DNA of 64,000 bases from Tubiluchus corallicola (GCA_030141605.1 JAQGDQ010002385.1:124001-188000); one strand, 5' to 3'; positions 40,355-50,100 are shown, counted from the stretch's first letter. A program made the numbers and translations. Notes: generated by a model from the letters alone, not told the origin.

Positions 40355-41821
40355 TCACATCAATTGCCTGGCAAGATTCAAAAGCATCCCAGGCATAAAA
40401 AAGAATAAAACCGTACCACTCGCCGTGACAAATAACGCAATACAACAAGGAAGCGGCGCCTCACCATGATCATGAATCACAGAAGCGGCTCCCTCTGCTT
40501 TCTCCTTCACCATAAAAGCTCTATACAAAATGGGCAAAAAATAACCTGCATTCAAAAGAGTCGATACAAGCATTACCGACAATACAAATAAATAGCCCCC
40601 TTCAAAAGCGCCCTTAAGAATATACCATTTACTTATAAAGCCAATCGTAGGAGGAAGACCTATCATCGACAACACGCCAATAGAAAAAGCCGCCATCGTT
40701 AAGGGCATACGGTAACCAATTCCATTTAGCTCGCTCACCTTCGTTTTATGGCTCGCAACCATAATAGCACCCGCCGCAAAAAACAAGGTAATCTTCCCAA
40801 AAGCATGGGCAGCAATATGAACCGAAGCCGCCATCTGCGTTAGCGGCGTTACCATCGCTGTCGCAATAATAACATAGGATAACTGACTGATCGTTGACCA
40901 AGCAAGACGCTTCTTTAAATTATCCTGAAAAATCGCAACCGTCGACGCCACAATGATCGTAAAAGCCGCCATCCCTATCAACCAATGCGTTCCTCCCATC
41001 TCAGAAAGAAAATCAACACCAAAAATATAAATCACAACCTTGACAATCGAAAAAACACCTGCCTTGACAACAGCAACCGCATGAAGCAAAGCGCTCACAG
41101 GTGTCGGCGCAACCATCGCCGCCGGCAGCCATCTGTGAAAGGGCATTAACGCCGCCTTGCCAATCCCCCAGCTATACAGGGCTAAAAGACCCATAAGCGA
41201 TAAAGGCGATAAATATCCTCGCAAAATTCCCCCAGGGATAAAATCAAGCGTACCCGCAATAAACCAGGTCACGATAATCGCCGGGAGCTGCAATAAAACA
41301 GACGTGAAAATCAAAATACCAAGATAGGTCCGCCCACCGCTCTTAGCCGCTTTGGCTCCAGAATGCGCCACAAGAGGAAAGGTTCCTACCGTCAAAATCT
41401 CATAGAATAAAAATAACGTTATCATATTCCCAGAAAAGGCAATTCCTAACGTCGCAAAAATCGCAAAAGCAAAAAAGAAATAAAAACGCGTTTGATTCTT
41501 CTCGTGATGTCCCCGCATATACCCAATAGAATAAATCGACGTAATAATCCAAAGAAAAGACGCTATACACGCGAAAAGCATCCCCAAAGGCTCTACCCTA
41601 AATGCAATGCTTAAGCCAGGGGCCATATCAAAAAGCGTCACGTAAATATCACCACTCTTCTGAAATAAAATATAAATCTTTACCACACTCAGAAAAGTCA
41701 AAATAGCTGAAATTAATGTACACGCCTCCCGCATGTTCGGGCTTTGGCGCATAAACAATAAAGTAATACCCCCTAAAAGAGGCATCAAAATAGCAAATAA
41801 AATAATCGCATGCCCCTCCAT
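40355..41821 (-). CDS. mrpD: Mrp antiporter subunit D-like
   Basis: FLFYEILT, WLPAAMVAPTPVSALLHA and LAWSTISQLSY. ATG 41821 in a TAATG overlap. Confidence 0.9.
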   Translation of the reverse strand: MEGHAIILFAILMPLLGGITLLFMRQSPNMREACTLISAILTFLSVVKIYILFQKSGDIYVTLFDMAPGLSIAFRVEPLGMLFACIASFLWIITSIYSIGYMRGHHEKNQTRFYFFFAFAIFATLGIAFSGNMITLFLFYEILTVGTFPLVAHSGAKAAKSGGRTYLGILIFTSVLLQLPAIIVTWFIAGTLDFIPGGILRGYLSPLSLMGLLALYSWGIGKAALMPFHRWLPAAMVAPTPVSALLHAVAVVKAGVFSIVKVVIYIFGVDFLSEMGGTHWLIGMAAFTIIVASTVAIFQDNLKKRLAWSTISQLSYVIIATAMVTPLTQMAASVHIAAHAFGKITLFFAAGAIMVASHKTKVSELNGIGYRMPLTMAAFSIGVLSMIGLPPTIGFISKWYILKGAFEGGYLFVLSVMLVSTLLNAGYFLPILYRAFMVKEKAEGAASVIHDHGEAPLPCCIALFVTASGTVLFFFMPGMLLNLARQLM

Positions 41822-43296
41822 TATAACCCCTTCCCTAATAAAATCGCAGATGTTGCCCAAGACGCAAAATTAATAACACCGCTTGCCTGAATCCCAAAGA
41901 AAAAACTCGCGAAAACCATTACCCACATAGGAATAAGCATACGCTTAGGAACTTCTTGAACAGAGCGATTCTCCGGCGGGTCGGTAAACCACGCGATCTC
42001 AACAACGCGCCAAATATAAACAACAGCAAGCAAAGAGCCCAAAAGAATCACCGCAACAACAACCCACATCCCTTTTTCAACAGCCGCCAAAATTAAATAC
42101 CATTTAGAGATAAACCCTACCGTCCCGGGAATACCAATCAATGCTAAAGAAGCTCCCAGAAATGCCCCCATTGTCCAAGGCATCTGGCGTCCCAAACCAC
42201 GCATATCTTCCAAAAGAGTCGAATTCAAGCGCAAAAATATACACCCTGCTACCATAAACAACGCGCCCTTCATAATCGCATGGTTAAAAATATGCAGCAA
42301 AGTCGCCATCAAGCCCGTTTCAGAATGAAGACTCACTCCTAAAATAATATAACCAATCTGTGCAACCGAAGACCAAGCTAAAATCATCTTCAGATTAATC
42401 TGCTGACAAGCGCTGATTGAACCCCAAATAATCCCGACAACAGCCAACACAAGCAAAACAGAGAAAAATAATAACGCTGTCTGATTTTGATATCCTAAAA
42501 CAGTAAACAACAATCGTATCATTACATAAGCCGCGACCTTTGTCGCTGTCGCCGCTAAAAACGCGGACACAGCCGAAGGAGCGTAACAATAAGCAGACGG
42601 AAGCCAGTTATGTAACGGAAAAGCCGCAACCTTAATCCCCATCCCAACTGTAATAAAAGACGCCGCTATCAATACCGCCGGGTTACCCTCTAGAGGCAAA
42701 AGTCGCGCCGATAAATCAATCAGGTTAAGAGTCCCTGTCATACTATACAAAAAACCCAAACCCAGCACATAAAATGTCGAGCCAAGCGTCCCCATAATCA
42801 AATACCGATAAGAAGCCGTTAGCGCTAAACGATTCTTCCCAAGCGCAATTAAGGCATAAGTCGATAAACTCGCGATCTCAAGAAAAACAAAAATATTAAA
42901 AGCATCCCCCGTAATCGCTATCCCCATAAGACCCGCGACAGAAAGAAGAAAAAGAGTATAAAATAAATAATGGCGCTCACGATCAATCTCTTTCTCAACT
43001 GTATCCTTCGCCCAAGTCAAAATTAAAGCCGCGCTTCCGGAAATAATTATCAATAACAATATTCCCGCAGAATCAAGACGATACTCTATACCCCATGGTG
43101 GCTCCCACCCCCCCATATGGTAAGAAATAAATACCTCATAAGAAAAAAGCGTCAATAACATAAGCGCTATTGAAAAACATCCCAAAGCCGTTAATGTCGC
43201 AATCGCCCAGGAAGCCACAGGAGAACGAAATAATATACATACTGGCGCAGCAAGCAAAGGAACGACAATCTGCCACGAAAGAAGCTGCATAATCAT
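41821..43296 (-). CDS. mrpD: Mrp antiporter subunit D
   Basis: GGWEPPWGIE, FNIFVFLEI, PLHNWLPSAY and NHAIMKGALF. Confidence 0.92.
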   Translation of the reverse strand: MIMQLLSWQIVVPLLAAPVCILFRSPVASWAIATLTALGCFSIALMLLTLFSYEVFISYHMGGWEPPWGIEYRLDSAGILLLIIISGSAALILTWAKDTVEKEIDRERHYLFYTLFLLSVAGLMGIAITGDAFNIFVFLEIASLSTYALIALGKNRLALTASYRYLIMGTLGSTFYVLGLGFLYSMTGTLNLIDLSARLLPLEGNPAVLIAASFITVGMGIKVAAFPLHNWLPSAYCYAPSAVSAFLAATATKVAAYVMIRLLFTVLGYQNQTALLFFSVLLVLAVVGIIWGSISACQQINLKMILAWSSVAQIGYIILGVSLHSETGLMATLLHIFNHAIMKGALFMVAGCIFLRLNSTLLEDMRGLGRQMPWTMGAFLGASLALIGIPGTVGFISKWYLILAAVEKGMWVVVAVILLGSLLAVVYIWRVVEIAWFTDPPENRSVQEVPKRMLIPMWVMVFASFFFGIQASGVINFASWATSAILLGKGL

Positions 43297-43323
43297 TTAA
43301 ATAAAACTCCCCATAAAAATAAC

Positions 43324-43761
43324 CTACCCCTCTTTCGCGTTTCTCTCTTTTTTTTCAGAGACTCCAGAAGAAAGCGCATAATAACGATAAATTTCTTTCT
43401 TTTCAATCTCCAGCTCCATCGCAACGATATCTTCTTCCTCTATTGTATGAAAAGCACTGTTAATCCGTACAACCAAAGCACATGCAACCGCTGTCGTCGC
43501 AACACCAACAACAATCGCCGTCAAAATAAGAACATGCGGCAAAGGATTAGAATATACCGTATACCCCTCCTGAAGAATCGGAGCCGTCCCTCCACGAGCC
43601 TTCGCGATGGAAATATAAAAAATAAAAACAGAAACCTGAAAAATATTTAAACCCACAATCTTTTTAATTAAATTCCCTTGCGCAACAACAATATAAAGCC
43701 CTGTCATCATTAAAAAAATCGCACACCACCACGGCCATAACTCAATAACTTTCTCAATCAT
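43324..43761 (-). CDS. mrpC: Mrp antiporter subunit C
   Basis: NLIKKIVGL and NPLPHVLILTAIVVG. Confidence 0.93.
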   Translation of the reverse strand: MIEKVIELWPWWCAIFLMMTGLYIVVAQGNLIKKIVGLNIFQVSVFIFYISIAKARGGTAPILQEGYTVYSNPLPHVLILTAIVVGVATTAVACALVVRINSAFHTIEEEDIVAMELEIEKKEIYRYYALSSGVSEKKERNAKEG

Positions 43762-44237
43762 GAGTCCTCGCCATCATCCGAACGCACGTCAATCTGACTG
43801 GAAAAGACCGTGAAAATAATAATCATCGCCGCAGATACCGCCATACCAACACCAAACTCTATCGCAAGAATGCCAATATGCTGCCCCACAAGAGGATCAC
43901 TCGCCAGCCGGCTATATTCCAAAAAATTCCCCCCAAGAAATATTGTCGCAATCCCGACAAAAATATACAATAACGCCCCTAGCGCAAGCGTCCGACGCAT
44001 ACAACGAGGTGGAAAAACTTTCCGAGCCTCCGAAATACCATAAATCAAAGAATAGGTAATATAACCAACGGCAAAAATAACACCCGCCTGAAAACCACCA
44101 CCAGGGCCAAAATCACCATGAAACTGAACATAAAACGCAAAAAGCATAATTGGGGGAAATAAAAATTTCCCCGTAACTCTAAGAATAGGATTCTCCCATA
44201 AATTTTTAGGAAAAAGTAAATATTTCAACAGATTCAT
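43758..44237 (-). CDS. mrpB: Mrp antiporter subunit B
   Basis: HGDFGPGGGFQAG and IEFGVG. Confidence 0.92.
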   Translation of the reverse strand: MNLLKYLLFPKNLWENPILRVTGKFLFPPIMLFAFYVQFHGDFGPGGGFQAGVIFAVGYITYSLIYGISEARKVFPPRCMRRTLALGALLYIFVGIATIFLGGNFLEYSRLASDPLVGQHIGILAIEFGVGMAVSAAMIIIFTVFSSQIDVRSDDGEDS

Positions 44238-44803
44238 GACGCCTCTTCCTCCCTCGGCTTCGCTTTACGGGGAGAGCGTCCCAACAAAGCCAAAACACCA
44301 ATCGCCGCTGTAAAAACAACCATCACTTCCCCTAATGTATCAAATCCTCTGTAACTTGCTAATACAGACGTCACAACATTCGGAACACCCACTTCATCAA
44401 GCGATTCAAAAATATAACGTGGGGCAACATACGTATGTGCAGCGGCATTAATATCCGCAAAAGCCGGCAGATAAAAAGAGCCATAAATTAATAAAACCGC
44501 GCAGATAATCGCCGGCAGTAACGCCCAAAGAGAAATTCTATACATCCCGTATGTTTTCTCTTCTTTCTCCTTTAAAAGAGTCAAGGCCAACGTCCCCAAC
44601 AATAATACCGTCGACATACCGACGCCAACAACCGCTTCCGTAAAAGCGACATCCACAGCATCCATAAGAATATAAATTGTCGCCGCAATAAACGTAAAAA
44701 TTCCTGAAAGCATAATAACAATAAAAAGATCACGCACTAAAACAAGATAAATCGCGCTAATCGCCAGAAAAAGCATTAAAGTTAAAATTAAAACAATGTT
44801 CAT
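44234..44803 (-). CDS. Mrp subunit B-related / MrpA C-terminal (DUF4040) protein
   Basis: DAVDVAFTEAVVG and PNVVTSVLASYRGFDTLGE. Confidence 0.88.
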   Translation of the reverse strand: MNIVLILTLMLFLAISAIYLVLVRDLFIVIMLSGIFTFIAATIYILMDAVDVAFTEAVVGVGMSTVLLLGTLALTLLKEKEEKTYGMYRISLWALLPAIICAVLLIYGSFYLPAFADINAAAHTYVAPRYIFESLDEVGVPNVVTSVLASYRGFDTLGEVMVVFTAAIGVLALLGRSPRKAKPREEEAS

Positions 44804-45135
44804 GCTTCCGGAATCCTCTCTTCAACAAGCGACAAGATAGCCTCTTTCTCGGTGTTAACAAGATATGCCTGAGTAAACGCAAAGGTAACAGAAGGGCTCG
44901 TCAAAAGCAAAAATACAATCAACAAAAAAAGCTTTAACATAACAATCGTCAATCCCGCCTGCAGAATCAATCCCAGAAGAATCAAAAACGCCCCTCCCGT
45001 CTCAATAAGACCCGAAGCGTGAAGCCGCGTGAAAATATCAGGAAAACGCACAAACCCTATCCCGCCTACTAAACAGAAAAAAGACCCAGAAAGAAGCAAA
45101 AGCCAGCTCATCACGTCTAAAAGAAAACTAAGCAT
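44800..45135 (-). CDS. mrpG: Mrp antiporter subunit G
   Basis: RFPDIFTRLHA and LLTSP. Confidence 0.92.
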   Translation of the reverse strand: MLSFLLDVMSWLLLLSGSFFCLVGGIGFVRFPDIFTRLHASGLIETGGAFLILLGLILQAGLTIVMLKLFLLIVFLLLTSPSVTFAFTQAYLVNTEKEAILSLVEERIPEA

Positions 45136-45432
45136 CTATATATCCCCATCCTGCTCGTAAACACTATCCCTCTGCCCCCTGCCCAAGCTCGAAAACTTAA
45201 CATATTTACACATGGCAAGAACAGATGTGAAATTAATTAACGCATACGCTAACGCTATGTCTAAAAATTCTGGACGATCCAATAAAAAACCATGTACGGC
45301 TATCAATAAAACCGTCAAAGTACCAAAACTGTTCACCGCTTGAATGCGCTCAAACGCTCTAGGCCCCTTAAAAGCTCTGAATAATACCATAAACATCGTG
45401 ACTAAAAGAGCCAAAGCCGCAACTGTAAACAT
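45136..45432 (-). CDS. mrpF: Mrp antiporter subunit F
   Basis: RAFKGPRAFERI and LDIALAYALINF. Confidence 0.92.
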   Translation of the reverse strand: MFTVAALALLVTMFMVLFRAFKGPRAFERIQAVNSFGTLTVLLIAVHGFLLDRPEFLDIALAYALINFTSVLAMCKYVKFSSLGRGQRDSVYEQDGDI

Positions 45433-45451
45433 AAACTTTCCTCTTCTGAAA

Positions 45452-45964
45452 TTACTTTATAAAAGCTTCTGAAGTCTTCTCTTCCATCTCCAGAACTTTA
45501 CGATTCATCTCTCCGGACTCCAACTCCTGAGCGTCAGAAGGCGTCAGAGCATGAATCACTAATCGCTCCCTGTCAGCATATAAAGTTACTGTTCCAGGCG
45601 TTAACGTAACAGAATTCGCATAAATCGTCAAACAAAGATCCGTCTTTTGTAAGGGCTCTAACATAATGATCTTCGGTTCAATATCAATCGTCTTGCGCAA
45701 TAAAATACGCGTAACAGAAATACTCGATCGAAGGATTTTTACAAAAAGCCACCCTATATAAACAGGAAAACGCCAACCTAAATGTAAAGGAAATGTCTCA
45801 TGGTCAATATGGCCCATCCTATAAACAAGCCATAAAATAAACCCTATGGAAGCCAGTCCGAAAAACAGTAATAACGATTCAAAATATCCCGAAAGCATCA
45901 GCCATAAAACCGCTAAAAAAACAACCGCTTTTATCACCTGCTTCAACACAATACGCTTCTCCAT
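45452..45964 (-). CDS. mrpE: Mrp antiporter subunit E
   Basis: LWLMLSG, ANSVTLTPGT and IHAL. The true start may be GTG 45949, which has better RBS spacing. Confidence 0.92.
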   Translation of the reverse strand: MEKRIVLKQVIKAVVFLAVLWLMLSGYFESLLLFFGLASIGFILWLVYRMGHIDHETFPLHLGWRFPVYIGWLFVKILRSSISVTRILLRKTIDIEPKIIMLEPLQKTDLCLTIYANSVTLTPGTVTLYADRERLVIHALTPSDAQELESGEMNRKVLEMEEKTSEAFIK

Positions 45965-45975
45965 TCTCCACTAAA

Positions 45976-46014
45976 ATAAGCCCGACACAACATACAACCC
46001 TATGGTCAACCATG
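45976..46014 (-). ncRNA. Candidate Na+ riboswitch (DUF1646 / Na+-I motif-like) in the mrp leader
   Basis: Minus strand CAUGGUUGACCAUAGGGUUGUAUGUUGUGUCGGGCUUAU: AUGG/CCAU stem, UAGG..CUUA stem, and UUGAC/GUCGG complementarity. Sits between a promoter and the first antiporter gene. The family match is from memory of the consensus. Confidence 0.55.
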
Positions 46015-46022
46015 AGTCCGTT

Positions 46023-46051
46023 ATCTTATAAAAGAATAGCGCTTTTATCAA
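46023..46051 (-). promoter_or_regulatory. Sigma70-type promoter of the mrp operon
   Basis: TTGATA-17 bp-TAAGAT; predicted +1 near 46017, just 5' of the candidate aptamer. Confidence 0.65.
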
Positions 46052-46228
46052 GCATGTTTTTAAACGTCGCTATAAAAGTTTGGAAAAATCAGAAATTGAA
46101 AAAAAAGAATAAATACGCTAATTTCATGCAGATAAGAGCATCTTGCTCTCATCAACAGAATTCAGCATTTTAATAAAATCATGCCACAGCAAAAATTAAC
46201 ACGGCGCACCCTGTATCATTGAAAGTAA

Positions 46229-46274
46229 AGTTGAGCGCTTTATAATGAAATCACTCAAATAAAAGCGCTTAACT
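46229..46274 (-). terminator. Hairpin immediately after the stop of the small orphan gene
   Basis: AGTTGAGCGCTTT ... AAAGCGCTTAACT inverted repeat, starting 3 bp after the stop. Confidence 0.55.
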
Positions 46275-46276
46275 TC

Positions 46277-46534
46277 TTAAGCTGAACGTTTTTTACTGCT
46301 GTTCAGATCGTTCGCCGCTACTTCATACGCGTTTCCTCCGCGAACAGCAGTTGCAGGAGTAATCTCCTGGCTGGAAACCCAACGCTCTAAAGCATCAAAA
46401 TCAATAGGAAGAAGAGGCTGCTCAGAAACCGATTCCCTTTTTGATGTTTTTGAATATATATTCTCCGAAAGAAGATGAAAAAAATCAAATAAAGTATATG
46501 TTGTAAATTGTTCCAAAGAAGAATAATTTCTCAT
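46277..46534 (-). CDS. Small hypothetical protein, tandem paralog 1 (85 aa)
   Basis: AGGAG RBS; clear protein-level similarity to 46852-47115 (SSLEQ, LLSE-IY, SEQPL-PIDFDALE-W-SSQEI-P, AAND, RSA). Confidence 0.8.
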   Translation of the reverse strand: MRNYSSLEQFTTYTLFDFFHLLSENIYSKTSKRESVSEQPLLPIDFDALERWVSSQEITPATAVRGGNAYEVAANDLNSSKKRSA

Positions 46535-46851
46535 ATTTAAAAAACTCCTAAAATTTCTCAGAATTTCATAAAATTCATTGCCTTACACAAAAACAGAGGC
46601 TTTAAGAAGAAGATAGAAATGATGTGCATAACCATTCTTCATTAATAATTTGAAACAAGATCTTCAAAATTACTTAAGTGGCCTAGCCACTATATTCTCT
46701 ATTTTATCTTTATATTAAAATATAAGGAAACATGCCCAGAATTAAAAGCATAGTAAATGCAAGTAAGGCAGAAAATAAACGCATAGCTGTTTTTAATTGA
46801 AACAGCATCTCACCCATATTAATCTGTTTAAACAGTCAAGCTGGTAATTTC

Positions 46852-47115
46852 CTAAGCAGAACGCTCTTTACGAACAGAGTGTTCACAACTGTCATTCGCA
46901 GCAGAAAGCAGCTCGCCCTTAGAAGTTACCTCTACAGGAGAAATTTCCTGACTGGAAGTCCAGCACTCCAAAGCATCAAAATCAATAGGACGAAGAGGCT
47001 GTTCTGAAATCTGATTCCTTTCCGATGATTTTAAATATATATCCTCTGAAAGCAAATTAAAAAAGTTAAGCCAACCATGCGCCAAAATCTGTTCTAAAGA
47101 AGACGTATTTTTCAT
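46852..47115 (-). CDS. Small hypothetical protein, tandem paralog 2 (87 aa)
   Basis: AGGGG RBS; paralog of 46277-46534 with the frame preserved. Confidence 0.8.
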   Translation of the reverse strand: MKNTSSLEQILAHGWLNFFNLLSEDIYLKSSERNQISEQPLRPIDFDALECWTSSQEISPVEVTSKGELLSAANDSCEHSVRKERSA

Positions 47116-47387
47116 ATCACTAATCCCCTAATTTTTACATTCCACCAATATTGTTGTCTTAAGAAGAAAAACAATACGCCTTAAAATTATCCGAGGGCCT
47201 AATTATCCCACCTTTATAATTTTATTCTATAAAATATAATATAAGGTAATCTCTCCAAAATTAAAGCATAATAAATGCAAACAAGGTAGAATATAAACGC
47301 ATGGCTTTTTAGCTTCTGATATACTCAACTTAAGCTATAAAACTCATGAAACAACACACCATTATGAGAATAAAATATACGCGCGCC

Positions 47388-48725
47388 TTATAAAGAGTTA
47401 TAAGGAGTTTCCTCTTTACAAGCTCGCTCCAACATCTCTGAAGGAATTCGCTTTGAAGAAACGATCCCCTTTTGACGAATACCCTCTAAACGCCTGATAA
47501 CATTGCCCCTGCCCTCACAAAGACGCCCCAGCGATTCATTATAAGACTTTTGCGCCGCTTCCAACTTTACATGAATATCAGTAAAACCCTCCGCAAACCC
47601 AGCAAACTTATCATAAAGAGATGCCACATCCCTGGCAATCTCCTCGGCATAACGATTACGTTCCGCTATCTTCCACGTGTTTTCAATAATCCTTAACGTC
47701 AACATTAACGTCGTCGGCGTCACAAGAGAAATATTCTTTCTTAAAGCCCAGGTCGCAAACGAACTGTCCGACTCCATAGCAAGATAAAAAACAGACTCAA
47801 CAGGAATAAACATAAGAACACAATCCAACCCCTGAAAATCATAAAGCTTCTCATACTGCTTGGATGAAAGCGACTTGACATGACTCTCTAACGCCTTGAC
47901 CAAACGAACCGCAGCAACACTCTTGCACTCTTCAGTATCCGCCTTTACATAATTCTCCCACCCAACTAAATTCACCTTAGAATCAATCACAATATGACGA
48001 TCATCCGGCATACGAACAACAATATCAGGGCGCTGAAAATTTCCACCCTCACCCCTGATCGATTCCTGCGTAAAAAAATGAGTCCCCTTCACAAGGCCCG
48101 AATTCTCCAGCAAGCCCTCCAAAAGCATCTCTCCCCAATCTCCCTGAACCTTCACATTCCCCTTTAAAGCCTTGGATAAATTCTGAGCATCCTCCCCTAA
48201 GCGTTGGCTGGAAACCTCCAGATTCTTTATCTCCTGAACAAGACTATAGCGCTCCTTTGCCTCTGTTGTATAACGATCCTCAAAGCTTTTCTGAAACTGA
48301 ATAAAATTCTCCTTTAATGGATTTAACAGCGATAAAAGATGTTTATCCTGATGCTTGTTTAAAATATCACTATTTTCCTTCAAAGCACGATCCGCCAATA
48401 AGGAAAAATGACTCGACATCTCCTTTTTTAAATGCTCCTTCTCCTCAGATTTACCCTGCTCCTGCCTCAGCTTCTCTTCCAAAATCCCCATTTCTTTTTT
48501 TAGCTCTCCCTCTTTCTTCAGTGACAGATCTAACTTTTCTCGCAAAATATCCCGCTCCCTTTCACGCTGAGACTCTATCTCCAGCTTCGTATTCAAAACA
48601 GACACTTCCTCACAAAGAGACAATAACTCTTTCCGATACCGAGACTCCTGACGCCTGAACACAATAAAACTCCCAAAAGCCAACAGCAATAAACCCAATA
48701 GAAAACCTAAGACTCCGTTAATCAT
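47388..48725 (-). CDS. rmuC: DNA recombination protein RmuC
   Basis: N-terminal TM plus coiled coil; QGDWGE, RPD, IDSKV, VLMFIPVE and TPTTL. Confidence 0.95.
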   Translation of the reverse strand: MINGVLGFLLGLLLLAFGSFIVFRRQESRYRKELLSLCEEVSVLNTKLEIESQRERERDILREKLDLSLKKEGELKKEMGILEEKLRQEQGKSEEKEHLKKEMSSHFSLLADRALKENSDILNKHQDKHLLSLLNPLKENFIQFQKSFEDRYTTEAKERYSLVQEIKNLEVSSQRLGEDAQNLSKALKGNVKVQGDWGEMLLEGLLENSGLVKGTHFFTQESIRGEGGNFQRPDIVVRMPDDRHIVIDSKVNLVGWENYVKADTEECKSVAAVRLVKALESHVKSLSSKQYEKLYDFQGLDCVLMFIPVESVFYLAMESDSSFATWALRKNISLVTPTTLMLTLRIIENTWKIAERNRYAEEIARDVASLYDKFAGFAEGFTDIHVKLEAAQKSYNESLGRLCEGRGNVIRRLEGIRQKGIVSSKRIPSEMLERACKEETPYNSL

Positions 48726-48843
48726 TCTCTATTCCTTACCCGATAAAAAACATCTCATACTCTTTACTTAAAAATTATGATACCATCTGATTATCTAAAT
48801 TAACAGATTACAAAATATAAATCCTTGGAATTATAGAACCTCC

Positions 48844-50100
48844 ATGAACACAAAAGCACAAAAAAACACTCCTGAAAATATCATAAAAAATAAAACCCTT
48901 ATCTTCTATATGATAAAATGGAATCTTTCCTTAATCGGCTTCTGGTCACAGCGATTAACAATCGGATGGATGGCATGGGCATTGACAGAATCAAAATTAT
49001 GGCTAGGAATCGTTGTCTTTTCTGAACTTTTCCCTGTCTTCATTATCGCGCCTGTCGCCGGTGTCATTACAGACCATTTCAACAGACTCACAATTACAAA
49101 AATAACACAATATCTCACCATCCTTGTCTCGGCAGCTCTCTTTATTCTTGCCGCTACGGAATCCATGGCAATTATCCTTCTGCTTGTTCTCAATATCTTC
49201 TTCGGAAGTATAGGCTCCTTCCAGCAACCCGCAAGACTCTCCCTTATCAACAGCCTAGCAACGCCCTCGCAGCTCTCTTCCGCCATCGCCCTGACATCCA
49301 TAACCTTCAATATAGCGACCTTCATCGGCCCTCTCGTTGCCGGCTTTCTCATCAGCTATTTTGACAGTTTCGCTGCCTCCTTCGCTTTTGCTGCCTTCTC
49401 TCACATTCCCCTTGCTCTTTACCTGTTAAAACTCAATCACACACACTTCTTTCCTCCCGATCAAAAAAACGGTATACCCCTACAATTTATCGCAGATCTC
49501 AAAGAAGGAATTATATGGATCCTTCATCATCCCATTATCATGCCAACAATCCTTGTTATGGCAACAATAGCTTTTGCGTTGCGTCCCTTCAACGATATGC
49601 TTCCCGCATTCGCTGACGAAATCTTCCAGCAAGATGCCGGCGGACTATCCAAAATGGTCGCCTCTATCGGGCTAGGATCTTTCAGCGCAGGCTTGCTAGC
49701 ACTGCGTAAAAAAGAAATCCAAAACTGCTGGATCGCGCTATTGGCCTCTTCCCTAGGAGCCGCCATAACCCTCCTGCTTTTCTCCTTTACAACAAACTTC
49801 ATTCTCGCTATCTGCTATCTCACTCTCTGGGGAGCCTTCTCCACAACAGCCGCGATCTCTTGCATGACCATCATTCAAAAAACAACAGAAGAACAATATC
49901 GAGGAAGATGCCTGGCAATATGGAGCCTCATCGTCAAAGGCGGGCCCGCTATCGGCGTCCTAATCTTCGGCACAATCGCCGAATATACAAGCCTCACCAT
50001 ACCCATCATCATAGGAACCTTATGTACAATAAGCCTTCTATCCCTCTATACTGTTCAATTTTCGCCCAAAATTCTCAAAAAGTTAAAAAATATTCCGTGA
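48844..50100 (+). CDS. MFS transporter (EntS/DHA3-like)
   Basis: About 12 TM segments; AGVITDHFNR, FQQPAR, FNIATFIGP and YRGR. Confidence 0.88.
   Translation: MNTKAQKNTPENIIKNKTLIFYMIKWNLSLIGFWSQRLTIGWMAWALTESKLWLGIVVFSELFPVFIIAPVAGVITDHFNRLTITKITQYLTILVSAALFILAATESMAIILLLVLNIFFGSIGSFQQPARLSLINSLATPSQLSSAIALTSITFNIATFIGPLVAGFLISYFDSFAASFAFAAFSHIPLALYLLKLNHTHFFPPDQKNGIPLQFIADLKEGIIWILHHPIIMPTILVMATIAFALRPFNDMLPAFADEIFQQDAGGLSKMVASIGLGSFSAGLLALRKKEIQNCWIALLASSLGAAITLLLFSFTTNFILAICYLTLWGAFSTTAAISCMTIIQKTTEEQYRGRCLAIWSLIVKGGPAIGVLIFGTIAEYTSLTIPIIIGTLCTISLLSLYTVQFSPKILKKLKNIP

Noticed and set aside
46012-46173. 53-codon + strand ORF in the mrp upstream region
   Set aside because: It has no RBS, overlaps the mrp promoter on the opposite strand and has no recognisable motif.
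46750-46775. Sigma54 promoter (TTGCA) upstream of the small paralogs
   Set aside because: There is no GG at the -24 position in either copy.
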